From Amoebophrya sp. A120 (Eukaryota > Protista > Dinoflagellata), in assembly GCA_905178155.1 (NCBI GenBank), contig CAJINV010000002.1:10148146-10212145 (forward strand): a stretch of DNA of 64,000 nt, in the 5' to 3' direction. The translations under genes were made by a program, and so were the position numbers. This document shows, one piece after another, positions 24,179 through 36,727 of this stretch. The stretch's first letter is position 1. Each line of letters starts with the position of its first letter. The notes under the pieces were generated by a model, which was not told the DNA's origin, did not search any database, and saw only the letters and a list, made by a program, of their open reading frames with translations.

Positions 24179-27100
24179 ATGCCAGCCTCCGACGGAAGTG
24201 ACTTCACGGTCACTGTGCCGGATGTCAAGGCACAGAAAATCGCAGTGAAAGTTCCGAGCACGGGAGAAAAGTTGCGGCTACAGGTGAGAAGTTCGTTTCT
24301 CATGCAGAAAGATAAAAGTGGGAATGGATGCTTTTTCCTTTTTGGTAGAATCAGAATCAGAACTGCCACGACTTTGCGATTTTTGCGTTTGCACTCTGCG
24401 TCTGTTCAAGCACACTGCAATCTTCTCGTCCGCAGGTCCCAGTCGGGGTTCCCCCGGGTGCGAAGCTCCACCTGGCTATGCGCGACGGTAAGTGGCGGTG
24501 CGTAGCGACCTGGCCCAACACGAGCGATACGGACTTGGAGGTGACGCTGGGCGCGAGCGGGCAGCATGCGGCGCAGAGCTTCGTGCAGCAGGAGATGGTA
24601 ACGGCGACTGCTGGAGGAAGTTCGTCGTCTCCGGAAGACGGAAATAACACGATTTCCGTGGAGTCCATGCACGAACAAACCGCTACGTCGCCGCAAGCAG
24701 CCCCGGAGCAACATCAACCGCCATTCTTAAACAAGCCGGAGAGGTCCGGTACGGTCAGTTCCATGAACTCCGTGAATGAACAGGAATTACGGGAGTGTTT
24801 GGAGAAACAACTCCCACTGACCGTCGTCCAGAATGTGCCGAACGGAACCACCGCCCCGCGTTGCAGCGCCGCGATCATTGGGGCCGAAAGTGTGTTTCCT
24901 GTGGACCCAGCTGGAGCTGGAGTATCAAATGCAAAAATGTCTGGGTCTGAAAGATTGCGAGATTTGTCATGCTTGTCTGGCATGACTCGAGGCTCTGTGT
25001 TGCATAGGCACGAAAAGGACCTCTTACCTGTTGCGCAAAAACGCCGTTTGCCATGCGGAATACGTAAGACATGGCAGCCAAAAAATTTGTCATGCATAGC
25101 TGCGTATTGCAGTGCGTCTATGATTCACTTTCAGCATTACAAGTTTCCAGACCCAGACATATTTGCAATCCATATGGAGCGGAACAGAACGACGCGACGC
25201 TGATCTTCCAGGACGCAAGCGAACAGGAGATGGGGCCGGAAGAGGAAGAAGATGCTGGTCGTGCTGCTGTCGGAGAACATTCTTCCAGCTCTGGAGGTGA
25301 CTCGGTGTCGCAGGAGAACCAGGCGTGCGAGATTCTGGCGCAACTGTACGGAGACTGCAGCAACGAGATTGTTTCCTCCATTGTCGAGCAGGAACAGCAG
25401 AACTACGTGCACAACCGCGCGCGGGACTCTATCGCGACGATAGAAAATACGTCCAGCAGCCCGATGGCGTTTATTCACCCACCTCTTCCGGCTGGAGGGC
25501 AACTTTTACAACCGGGAGCAAGTGGTCAAACGACGATTTTGACGCAGCAGTTGCAGCAGCAAATAGCACACCAGCAGCAACTGCTGAGCCAGACGAACAG
25601 CTCCACGGAGGGACTGCCGAAGACCAGCTCGGCTTCCTCCCCCTCGCCCTTTGAGAACAAAATCGAGGCGTATGCAAATTTGACCGACAAACTGAGTCAG
25701 AAGTACCAGCAATCGAAGCAGAACCGGATGAGCATTTTGGATCGGAAGAACGCGAGTGTCGCGAACACGCTGCAGTCGCAGTTGCGGGAACTGGAGGCGC
25801 TGCAGAGAAAAGTGCAGGAAAAGCGGTTTCTGTTTAGCAGTCCGAAAGAGATGAGCGCGGAGGAGAAAAGCTTTCATCAACAGGAACTGCAGCAGCACCA
25901 ACAACCTTCCGCGGAGGATTTCGGGTTGGACTCCTATCGTTCGCTTTCACAACCCAGAACACATCAGAATAGTGCGGTGGCCGCTCCACCCGCGCAGGAA
26001 CACCAGCAGCAGGTCGTGCAAGGCAAGCCTATTTGGACGTCGACGGGCACCAAAACTTTTCCGCCGAGTATGCTGCCGAACTACATGCAGGACCAATTTT
26101 TAAGCTCGGGCCCCTCATTTGGGGCACAACCACACCAGCTGCCGGCGCCTGCATTTTTAGTTCCTCATTTACACCAGGCTAACGCCAACCCAAATGGGGA
26201 AGGTGAAGCAAACCAAATAAGCACGACTTTTCCGCCGGCCGAGGAAGATGATTTTGCCGCGATGAAAAAGCTCCCGAACCTTTCCTCCACCAGCACGGCA
26301 ATCACAACCGCGGACAATAGCAAGCGGCCGACGCCGACGTCCCAAGTCAATTCCAGTTTGATGCTGAGCTCGGTGTGCGGGGTTGGGCAGCTGAATATGA
26401 TGAACGAGTTCAATAAGGGCAGTAGTAAAATCCACGGCAGTTGTGGTAGCGGTCTTTTTGGATTCAGTAGCAACGCCACCACGCCGATCCAACAAGAGGA
26501 CCCAGCAGCGGCGGCGAGAAGTGCCAGCTGCGCGACCCGGTTGGGACAAGACGCGGCAATGGAACGATTTCAGCGCTGCCGGGGACAGGTTCTCAAAGTC
26601 TTGCTGTTGTGCTGGTTTTCTTTTCGGCACACACGAGGTAGGCATCGCTTTTGACTACTTAATTTCAAAATCGAAACGTATCGATACAACTATGCTTTAA
26701 ATCTCCTCACTAGGTTGCACAGCCAGCTCCGCAAAAGCTAATGGAGCAGCAAAGTTTCGTGCCCGCGCAGCCCCCGCAGTTTGTTGTGCAGCAGACCCAA
26801 CTGCAGCAAGCACCCGTGTTTCACCAGCCACAGGTCCCAGAGCAACAGCAACAAAAGTTTTTTTTTCCCGCCGCCCCGGCGCCGTCCACCGTTTTGCCAG
26901 AGCAGGAAAGAAAAATGTTCGTGCAGGCCAGCGGACAGCACCAAAAGACGCCACCGCTGAACTTTGACCAGATGGTTGAATCGCAGCAGCCCGCCGCCGC
27001 GCCGGAAGCATATCTGCACACGGCGCCAGAAGCGAACTTTGCGAACATGGCAGTCGAGTCTATCAAGTCGTTAAAAGCGCCGATGATCCGATTTGCGAGT

Positions 27101-30100
27101 CCACTGAAAACCAGAGCACCGCCGCCACGAATGGTATGTGATAAAGTACTTTCATCCAATCTTCGTTGTTCTCACTTGTGGTAGTGTACTGCTTGATCTA
27201 GACCGTTATTTTTCGTTGTGCTGCTTTTCGTTTAGTAGTCATACTCAAAATCGATAAGGATCGATCGGAACTACACTCTTGAAAGCAAAAGTCATTTCCT
27301 GCTCCTTGCAGATCGACGAGTCCCAACAGAAGCAGTTTCCCACGGTGGAGCAGCAGCTATCAAACGGAAAAATCCCCCCTCCCCATATCGAAGTGGAAAT
27401 CTGTGATGCAGGATTTGAGTTACCAAATCGACTTGTAATGCTAGAAGGCCAAGAGCCGCAGTCGTGGTCTCGTCTGCAGGCAATTTGTCATGCTGTTTCC
27501 CACTCTCAGCTGCCTCCTATCATGCTGAAGATGCAAGGCTCCCCCACGCCACCCAGCACTACAGTCCGCATCTTTTCCCGTGTAGCATGACAAAGCTGAT
27601 TTGTGACAACAAATCTGCATCACAGATTTCCGTTTTGATATGGGGAGGGGGGATTTTTCCTTTTGATAGCAGCAGGTGACGAACATCCCGGTGCACATGG
27701 CCGCCATGATGCACGCGTGTGACATATCCTGAGGAAAAACGTCCCCACACCAGAGTCAAGATGGGGATTCTGCAACACAAACCTGAAAGTTTTGGGAGCC
27801 ACGCATGACAAGTTGCAGGCTGTAGTGTAATGCAGGTTCTTAGCAAGGGAAGCCGCATAAGAAATCCATCTCCTCATCCTGTTGACAGCATTACAACTTC
27901 CAAAACACGATGGGAAATGTCTCCCATGGGGATGCGCATCACAAATGCTCTTGTGCTTGCAGATCTGCATGACAACTCTGGGGTGGGCATGTTTTTGCAC
28001 AGGATATGACAACCATCGGCTCTTCAAGCAGAAGCCCAAAAAGATCGGGACCCGGATTCTCGGCGGAGACGAGAATTATTACGGTCAGAAAGTCCGCTAT
28101 GGGAGTGTCAGGATCGAAATCGTCAAAGTTGAAACAATCTGCAATGCAAGAAAGCGATGCCAGCTGGCGCCCAGTTTGCAAGTGGCGCATGACAAATTTT
28201 GGCAGCATGGAAATCCAATTTGTCGCGCTGTTTGAGCAGAGAAGACTGCTTTTTTCATGCTATTTTAGCAGCTCTATCTCACAATCCAAACAGGCTTATA
28301 ATCGGCCTCAGTTGCGTGCTCTGCAAGACAGGCACTTTGCGTCTAGCATTTTATATATGCATCACAAACTAGTTCAACTTTGACGATTTCAATCCTGACG
28401 CTTCCATATCCGCGACTTGGTGGACGAGGTCGAGCTGACGCAGGACGGCGCGGCCATCTCGGAAAACGTGAAATCTCTGCGGAAACAATTGAAGGCCGCA
28501 ACGGGAATCGGCATGACAGAAGCAAGGGCACGCTCCCGGTCCACAACCCCGCACCAGCTGATTGGGGCAGGTTCTGGCCCGGCGCTCAGCTGTCCGGTGG
28601 GGTGCTTCATGCCAAACTTCGGCGGTGCCACTGGTGACGGCGAAACGGAGACGGGGAGCAATTATGGACCGCAAATGCTGCTGATGCCGCCCACAACGTC
28701 GATGTTTACAAACGGTGTGAATCCGCAGTCGTTACTCCCAAAAACCAAGCGAAGTCTAACGCCGCCGGCTTTGACAGTACATACTTTCTCCTGAAGATGT
28801 TGAACAAATATTTGCCGACTTTGAACAATAAAGTCGTCTAGCCAACATACTAGACCTAGAAATGTCACAACCAATGCTTCACATTTTTGCTGGCGTTTTT
28901 TAACAACAGCAGAAATAGAGCCTATGTATACTTACTCAAATAACGTAGTTCTGCCGCGATCTGGCCAGGGGCAACAACGCAGCTGCCCGTGGCGCTTCCG
29001 CGCGAATTTCCGGCAGCGCCGTGACCGTACAGACCGTCATGGACCAGCAGAACCAAAATAACTCCGCCGTCCAGCGCGGCCGCTCGCGGTCCGGGCAACA
29101 GAACCCCTTCCTGGCCGGCCAGATGCAGACCCGTGGAAGAGATCACAGTGGGCGAAGCAACGTAAACGTCGACGCCTCGGCCTTGCTGGGAAGATCGATG
29201 GAAGACATCTTCGAGTCCTCTTTTCTCGAAAACGGTGACTTGGAACTTTTGCCGGACTGCACCAGTACGGTCAAGGAATTTAACCCAGACTTTTTCACGA
29301 CCTGGTCCGAACAGATCCCGCTACCCGAGGATTTACAGCAGGAGCAGCAGAAGCTGATCGAGCAGCACTTTCTGAAAAGGCAGGAACAGCTGAAACTGAA
29401 AAAATTGAGGAGCGACGTGATCGCGGAAATCGAGCCCATTAAGGACCAGCACGTTCCGGACCTGATGGCCTCAAAAATCGCAAGGGTGCCAAACGTGGCG
29501 CAAGCGTTCTCAAAGAGGTAAAGAAGTTTACAATGACAGAATTAAAGTTTTACACTTGCGCCGCACTGAAAGTGTTGCTCCGATGTAGAAGTGAGTAGAA
29601 AACACTTGTGTCTCATCCGCAATTATCTCGTTGATGACGCATTATACCTATCAATCTAAGCACACCTTTACGTCCCTCGCACAAAATACTCTTTCAGGAT
29701 GGCCCGAACTCCGCGGGGTTGCTTGAACCGAGCAGCAAGCCAGCCGATGATGGCCCGCCAACTCCCGGAACTTGTCCATCCCTTGGTCGCACCGCCCGCG
29801 CCGCAGCAAGTGTCATTGGCCTCCCACATCCAAGACCACTTCAAGTAGAAAGTTTTGCGTCCTCGTTCTAAGTGATGTTGAGGTTTGTGGTTGATTCTGA
29901 GGATTCCGATTTGTAGGAGGAGCGCCAGAGCTTTCTTGCATATTGATTCATTGACATTGGGGCCTGGCGACATGATTGTTGTTCCTGTATGTTATCATTT
30001 TGCATCAAGATGATCACGTTCACAACAGGTCGGTCTACCGTACAGATTGGTACCAGACGCCGAACATTCAACCGGTGAGGGGCATTCCCGAGGCGATCAG

Positions 30101-30242
30101 CAGTCAGCAACCCAAGCCGTTGCAGCAGTCGGATCTGATCGCCAGTGTCCAAGTGCGAGCGCCGTGCGTCCTGACGAGCATTCCGCCAGCAACGGTTGTC
30201 GGGAAATACGTGGGGGATCGACCCGCGTTTTACCAGCTGTGA
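24179..30242 (+). CDS. Large Gln/Pro-rich multi-exon hypothetical protein
   Basis: GT-AG intron 24284-24435 joins in frame; four TIR elements each restore frame (PAGAGAEQND; VEQQQVTNI; ACDNHRLF; QKVRDLVDEV); later exon limits and 3' end approximate. Confidence 0.65.
24923..25174. mobile_element. Introner-like TIR element, family A (subfamily A2), 252 bp
   Basis: TATCAAATGCAAAAATGTCTGGGTCTG ... CAGACCCAGACATATTTGCAATCCATA; direct repeat TGGAG at 24918-24922 and 25175-25179; reverse-complement relative of 48394-48647. Confidence 0.95.
27358..27668. mobile_element. Introner-like TIR element, family B, 311 bp
   Basis: TATCAAACGGAAAAATCCCCCCTCCCCATATC ... GATATGGGGAGGGGGGATTTTTCCTTTTGATA; direct repeat GCAGC at 27353-27357 and 27669-27673. 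Confidence 0.93.
27725..28006. mobile_element. Introner-like TIR element, family C, 282 bp
   Basis: TATCCTGAGGAAAAACGTCCCCACACCAGAGT ... ACTCTGGGGTGGGCATGTTTTTGCACAGGATA; direct repeat TGACA at 27720-27724 and 28007-28011; close full-length copy at 51858-52139. Confidence 0.95.
28098..28408. mobile_element. Introner-like TIR element, family D, 311 bp
   Basis: TATGGGAGTGTCAGGATCGAAATCGTCAAAGTTGAA ... TTCAACTTTGACGATTTCAATCCTGACGCTTCCATA; direct repeat TCCGC at 28093-28097 and 28409-28413. Confidence 0.93.
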
Positions 30243-31281
30243 ATCAATTCGAAGTTTTTAGTTCATCACCTGGACTTCCTTGTACCAGCAAGTGTCATCC
30301 AGCAGCGAAAGAAACAGCAATACCTGTGAACTAATGTACGTACGCCGAAAACATAAACAAGCACGTCCCCTTTATCGGTTTCTTCAGTCGAGAATATAGC
30401 GAGAGAATTTTTACACATCCTCTTCTCTACGAATAACTACAGTTTATTTTAGGCTACCCTAGTACTGAAAATGCTTCACAGCTACCCATTGTAAAATGTG
30501 CGGTCAACTACGTAACACTTCTTTACTCAAAAATGTGAATCATACCTTTTCGCTCGTTTCAAAAGGAATACCTACATCAATTTCCCTGCGCTACCATCGT
30601 GACATAGCCCCCTCAGAGATTCAATCGATTTTTCAAGGATAGCCATACAGCAGCTCTGCCCTGGACTGCGCTGGCTATCACCTGTTGTTGTGAGTTTCGA
30701 CTGACACCAACTGGTTGTGAAGATAAGTTTGACCATCTACATTAGCAGGAAGGATGAACTTCCTCGACTCGGCCCTCGTCTCTCTATACCCCAGAAAGCT
30801 GACGTACAACGCAAGTCTTACCCGCCACCTGCCTACCCTGCCACGATATTTTCCCTGAATGAAGATAGAGAAGCTCCGATTATATGACAGCAAACTATGA
30901 TCCAAAAACGAACTTTTTGTACGTGTAATGATTGTAAAATCAAGCGACGGTCATAGTCATTGTGCCAAAATAAGGAAAGCAAGATGGAGTAAAGTTTTAT
31001 CCTTGTCGTCGTTCTTCGTAGCCCAGGATGAGACCCTCGACTGTAGAAGCCGACCAGGAGCTGCTTAATATCGTGTTCAGACCAGGACTCTTCTTCTTCA
31101 GTCGTGTTGAATTTGAACCGAACCAGCACGCAATTTATTTGATAAGATCTTTTTAGCGGACGTCCGCGTTAATCTTGATCCTGAATGATATTCACCTTTT
31201 TTTGATCTTGTTTTCTATTGCGAGCCATCAAAGGCGCCATTTCGGTTTTCGGTGTCACAGATCGACGGTTTTCTGTCCAAA

Positions 31282-31868
31282 ATGGTGATGTCCTCCGTAA
31301 AGGAGGGGCTTTCGTTCATCAAGAAATGGGGCCCGGTAGGGTTTTGCACGCATTACGCTGTTTCTTTCACGGCACTGGGCTTGATTTACTACGCGGTGTA
31401 CAGCAACCGAGAGCAATTGCTCAGCTACTTGCCCAGCTACGTGCCGCAACAAGGTTCTTCGGTGCTGTCCTCAGCGATTTATTTCATGCAACTATAGCTC
31501 CGACACCTACGCATATGTTATCACAACTTCTTCGTCTATCTCTCTACAGGGACAACATGCTTTTCTTTACACTTACAGATCTGTGGATTACAGATTACAC
31601 TTACAGATTGTCCCCTTCAAGGATACAGAAATTATATCACCCAACAGGTACTGACTTCGTTGTTGCCCTCGCCATACACAAGCTGAGCCTTCCTGTGAGG
31701 GTTCCACTCACCCTCGCCCTGGTCCCAATTGTACACCGCACACTCGCGAAAACGGGCGTCCTGAAGGCGGTGGAAAAGATCGTTTCCAAATCTTCGGCTA
31801 CCTCGGCCGCTGTGGTAGCAGATGAAATGAACGCAGCAGACAGCACTGCGGACAAAAAAACGGACTGA
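31282..31868 (+). CDS. DUF1279/FAM210-family protein; GT-AG intron 31454-31647
   Basis: FIKKWGPVGFCTHYAVSFTALGLIYYAV ... GTDFVVALAIHKLSLPVRVPLTLALVP matches the family pattern; start uncertain. Confidence 0.75.
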
Positions 31869-32473
31869 TTTATCAGGCCTACAAGCAGACCAACATTCAG
31901 TTTAACTTTAAGATAACAGCTTTCGATGGCGCAATTGCAGTTGATTGCAGAGTCCCGCTTGTGGCAAGTCCGCATGTGCTGGCAGGATTCCCTTTTCGCG
32001 GGGTGTTAGGGCGATCGAAGATCTTTAGCTGTTGACGGCCTGTCTTGTGTGACCGTTCTTTTGTAGCACAAAGACCAGCACCAGGTGAGATCCCGAGCTA
32101 CTTTTTGAAAAGCTGTACTCGATGTGCACTGACCTTTTCAAACAGAAATTCTTCCTTTTTCGCCCAACGGTCTGCTACAACAAAATTAAGATCTCCTCAT
32201 TGCATTGGCATATTTTACACAAAACAATGATGAACGTGAAGATCCTTCTGTTTCGGCTACAGCACTTTTTTGTCCTGACACCGACAAGTATTACTTCTTT
32301 ACTTTTTTGATACGTAATTTTCTCAGGCGAATCGACAAGTTGTGAAAATTCAAATTCGTGACAAAGTTGCTGATACGAGGCATCATGTAGATTCAACTTG
32401 GACATTTTTAGTCGCCGCGACCTCGCGCAGTCTTGCCTGAAAATCTTTTTTATCACTCTTCGGTTTGAAAAAA

Positions 32474-35400
32474 ATGCTGGGCCACGGCCGGAAAAAGGAG
32501 CAGCAATCCGAGGAGCAACTCCTCGAGGAGCGGAAGATGGTGCAGAAGGGCCGGGAGCTGTTCAACATTGTCCTGTCCCGGAATCTCCCCGTGGAAAAGA
32601 TGCTGGAGGTCACGAAGAAGGCGGTGATGCTGCACCCGGAGTTTGGGACTTTGTGGAACATCAGACGGGAAACCTTTTACTCCAATAACCGGAATAAGCG
32701 TCCCAGTTCGAAATAAGCATTGCGGTGATGCTATGAAACAGGTTAGGGGGTGGCAAACCAGGCGAGTCCGGCAGGCTTTTTTTTTGTTTTCAGTGTGTAT
32801 CTCTTGCTGCTCTAAGTAGGAATGCGAATGAGGAATGCGAGTGATGAACTCAAATGATGAATGCGAATGATGAATGAGAATAACAAGCCAACTGGTTTCG
32901 GCTTTCAAGAAGGGGGCGGGGCGCGACTACTCCTCACCCGATGCAAAAACATGCTTTATGTTTATCGTTTTGTATTTGTATGGATGCAGCTGCAGCAAGA
33001 ACGAACACGAAGTAAGTGTATAAAGATAAAGACGCGTTTAGTTTTTTCGTCGCATAGGAAAACTCGCACTCTACCAGGGCGTATAGGTGGGCCCTCGTAG
33101 TGTTCGGCAAAGACTACGTGGGACCCCCGGGGTTTTTGGGAGCAAGTGAACCGTGGCGCCGCCTGCCCCCGAGGGGGGTAGGCCTGCCTGCCCCCGGTCT
33201 CCCGGTAGGCTGACTTTGCAGCTTTGCCGGCGGGTGGGGGCACTAGAGTCGCCGCGACCCCGAGCCGAGTCGGCGCAGCACACGGTGCGCGGGCGGCGAT
33301 GGAGTTTGGCGCCGGACGAAGGGATGCGCGCCAGGCCCTGGCCACCGGTCGGGTGTGTTTCCCGGGTGTCCGGGTGGCAGAAGTTTTTCTGCTGTTGCCC
33401 GGTCGCGGCAAAAAATGACCGTGGACGCGCGTCCATCTGCATTTTATCGGTCGAGCCGAAAACCGCTCTGAAAGAAATTGATCACGGAAACTTTTCGGCG
33501 GCCAATAAAATGCAGATGGACGCGCCTCCACCGGCAGTTTTCCCCGTGGCACCTCGCCAGCTGCAACGGGGCGCGGGGTGGGGCCGCGGTCGCGGCGCGG
33601 GGCCCTTGGCGGGTTTTTTTTTGTTGAGGGCGTAGGATTTGGGGATTCGGGTTTTGGGTTTGGACTGAGGGAGGGGAGGTTTTTTTCGCCACCCCCCGGC
33701 AGCTCTGCAGGGTTTGGGGATTTGGGGCGGCCTGTTGCCAAATCTTGCATGCCCGCCCCCCGACCGTGTTTGAAAAAATAAAACGGCCGGAGCGCGCGGA
33801 TCTTCGCCCCGCGAGATCCCGCCCCCGCGCCTTGCGCCCCGCGGCGGGCCCCTGCTCGCCCGGCCGATGCATCCTGGCCGGCCGGTGGTGGCCCCCCTTC
33901 GTTTTTTCGTTTTCAGGGGAAGTGGCGTTTTTTCTGTTCTCGAAAGAACCGACGTTGCGGGCACCCTTCGGGCGCGATTGCGGTATACGGGAGCACACGG
34001 CGCGGGAAGGGTGCCAAGATAGAGCTTCCCCGGTCGCGTCGCCTTTTCACCGCGGAAATTAATGCGTAGGCCCCGTTTCCCCACTGGCCTGCGTTAATAT
34101 ATAAAACCAACAATGCTCCCGCTGCCTATCCTGTTGCCTGAACGAAAAGAAAAATGTTCAAAAATTCGTCGAGTTTTTAGAACGCATGAGCATAACCTTG
34201 GCCGCTTAAATCTGTTATTTCGAACTGGGACGCTTAATCCGGTATATCGAGTACAAGCTCGAGTTCGGGACTTTGTGGAACATCAGACGGGAAACCTTTT
34301 ACAAGCTCGAGAAGATGGCCAGCAGCGCGACAAGTAGCGATAAGAAAGGGCAAGAAGGAACAACTACTCCGAGCAGCGACAATTTAAGATCTCCTACTAA
34401 AGCAGAGATAGATTCTGGGTCAGAACCGCATCAACCCCAAAATGTTAAACCTCCTTCTGTGATCGTGGAGGCCCTAAATAACGAGCTTCTGCTCCTGGAC
34501 AAGGCGATGCAGCAGGGGCGGAAGTGCTACTGCCTGTGGACGCACCGCAGGTGGGTCGTGGACGAGATCTTAAAGCGGAAAACGGCTGAGAAGATGGAAC
34601 TGCCTGGTGAAGAACAAAATATTGACCTGATTTTGGCCGAGAAAAAGAAGATTCGACAATTCTTTCAGCTCGACGCGCGGAACTTCCACGCGTGGAATTA
34701 CCGGCAGTGGCTTCTGGAGAAGGAAGAAGTGTACTTGTACACTAGATCCTTGACAGGAGAAGATTCTGCACAGAAAAGCGCAAACCACGACGGCACCAAA
34801 AGCCACGACGAGCAGCAAAAGGAGGAAGACCTTGCACTTTCCGAGGAGCTGATTTTGGAGAATTTTAGCAACTACTCGGCCTGGTACCTGCGGGGGAAGG
34901 TGGTTGCGAGCGGTTTCGATTTTGACCTGGAGTCGGAACTCGAGTGGCTCCAGCAGGCGATTTTTACGGAGCCGAACGACCAGTCGATTTGGTTCTACCA
35001 CGAGTTTCTACTGCTGAAAAACAGAGAGATGCAGGTGCTGCACTGCGAAGTTTTTCCCAATAACAAAGCGGCGATGTTGTCCGACTGTGCTAAAAGTGGA
35101 GCGGCGCGGAGGACATTATTTTCTTGCTGTCTGCTGTGCTCAGATTCTCTGAGTAAGGAGGATTTCGAAGAAAGGTTTCTGCCACCGGAGCTGTTAGTTG
35201 GCAAGGATGGAGGAGGTTCTTTCGCTGAAATAAAGGTGATCGATGTAAGAGCTGCGCGTGTGGTCGAAGCAGCGATGGAGAATATGCAAGCTGCCGATCA
35301 TCCATTGACCAAGCCTGGACCTCCGGGTGAAGAGAAACAAGACGAGTCGCTTGACTACGTGTTTTGCGTAGATTTGGAATTCACGAGTGTAGTTGATTCC

Positions 35401-35940
35401 GGCACCGAGACGACACAACTAGCGGAACAACAAGTGAGAAACCTGTTCCAGACCACTTCCTCCTCTGCAGAAAGCAGCCGTGAAATAAAACCGCAGCAAT
35501 CGAAATTTTTCGCCCGAAACGTGTCTTCCCAGATTGTTCAGACCGAAATCGAACGGATAGACGAGCTGCTGGAGCTCGAACCGGATTGCTACTTGGCCGT
35601 TCTGGCGAAGGCAAGGCTGTTAGAGGCTCTGTGGGAGGAGAAGAACTGTAAAAGCAGTGCGCAACTGCAGGCGGAACCGGCGACTAGCGAAAAAGGGCGT
35701 CAAAGCGGACCTCCTAATATATCGACCGAAGACGTGGCAAGCCTGTATAGAAAACTCGCTTCTGAGTTGGATCCAATGCGCAGGGGCTACTATTTGGACC
35801 AGATCAAGCGGGTTGAAAGCAGCTTTGGAAGTAGAAGTGTTGACAAGAGCGAACATCAGACAATGAGAACAGCGACAGAAGAACGGTTTCAACGCATCGC
35901 TGCGTTGTTAAAAACGGAATCCTCAGGTGCACCTTCATAG
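32474..35940 (+). CDS. RABGGTA: Rab geranylgeranyltransferase alpha subunit, interrupted by a 1.57-kb insertion
   Basis: N-terminal HGRKK; prenyltransferase alpha repeats HPEFGTLWNIRR, KCYCLWTHRRW, LDARNFHAWNYRQ, ENFSNYSAWYLR, FTEPNDQSIWFYH; C-terminal LDPMRRGYYLD. Confidence 0.9.
32680..34251. mobile_element. Non-autonomous TIR element, 1572 bp, TA target duplication (Tc1/mariner-like geometry)
   Basis: TA|CTCCAATAACCGGAATAAGCGTCCCAGTTCGAAATAA ... TTATTTCGAACTGGGACGCTTAATCCGGTATATCGAG|TA; GC-rich core; no recognisable transposase ORF. Confidence 0.8.
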
Positions 35941-36727
35941 CGACATCGAACAGCAATCCTATGGCTTCGCAAGTAGACCAAGCCACAACGCAGTAAGTAC
36001 CACATTGATGTAAAAATCGTATGTACGCTCCGTGGCCGACGTTCCAGGCTCCGCTAACACGCAGAAATATGGTCGACAACTTGTTCTGGTCCTTGCACGA
36101 GGATTTAAAGATGATGCCCGCCAGGTTCATAATTTTCATCGTCTTTACACTAGTCTGTCCCGATCCATAAGTATTCACCGTCAAGAATCAACCGTCTCAG
36201 AGATCCCACACTCCACAGTCGCCTCAGGCGTTCGTCCACCAGCGTGTGTGTGGATGTGATCTTGTTTTTTGTCCTGGAGCTGCGCACCAGTTCTCCTACT
36301 TACGTCGCATATTCTTTCCAGACCTAGCAGCGCGTGTCGCGATCTCTCGGCGTGGCGCCAGCGGCTCTACTTGCGTTTGGTTCTTTTTCGATCACGACCG
36401 AACTTTCTGCACTTTTTTGATGAAAGTTTCTACTTCGCCACAGATCTATTCATCGGTTCCTTTGCGTGCGGACGTGCATGATCGATCCAAAAAAGTGGAG
36501 TCTGAGTTGATGTCAACCTCGATAGATTTTGCCTTGTATTCTCCAAATCCAAACAGGTTTTGCGTTTTGGTTTCCTAATAATGCAGCAGCGTCTTGTGGC
36601 GTATAGCTACAGTATCACTTTGTGCTAGTCACAGCCTGCTCCAGGAAGCCGAAGCAACGAAAAAATATGGTGCGTTCGATGTACAAAACTCACAAAATGT
36701 CCAACGACTAAGGCTTTGCATTTCATC

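Noticed and set aside
27724-28010. U12-type AT-AC intron reading (ATATCCT...AC), also possible at 56826-57162
   Set aside because: The sister copy at 51858-52139 gives AT...TG at the same register, most elements do not fit, and no U12 branch motif was evident; likely coincidence.
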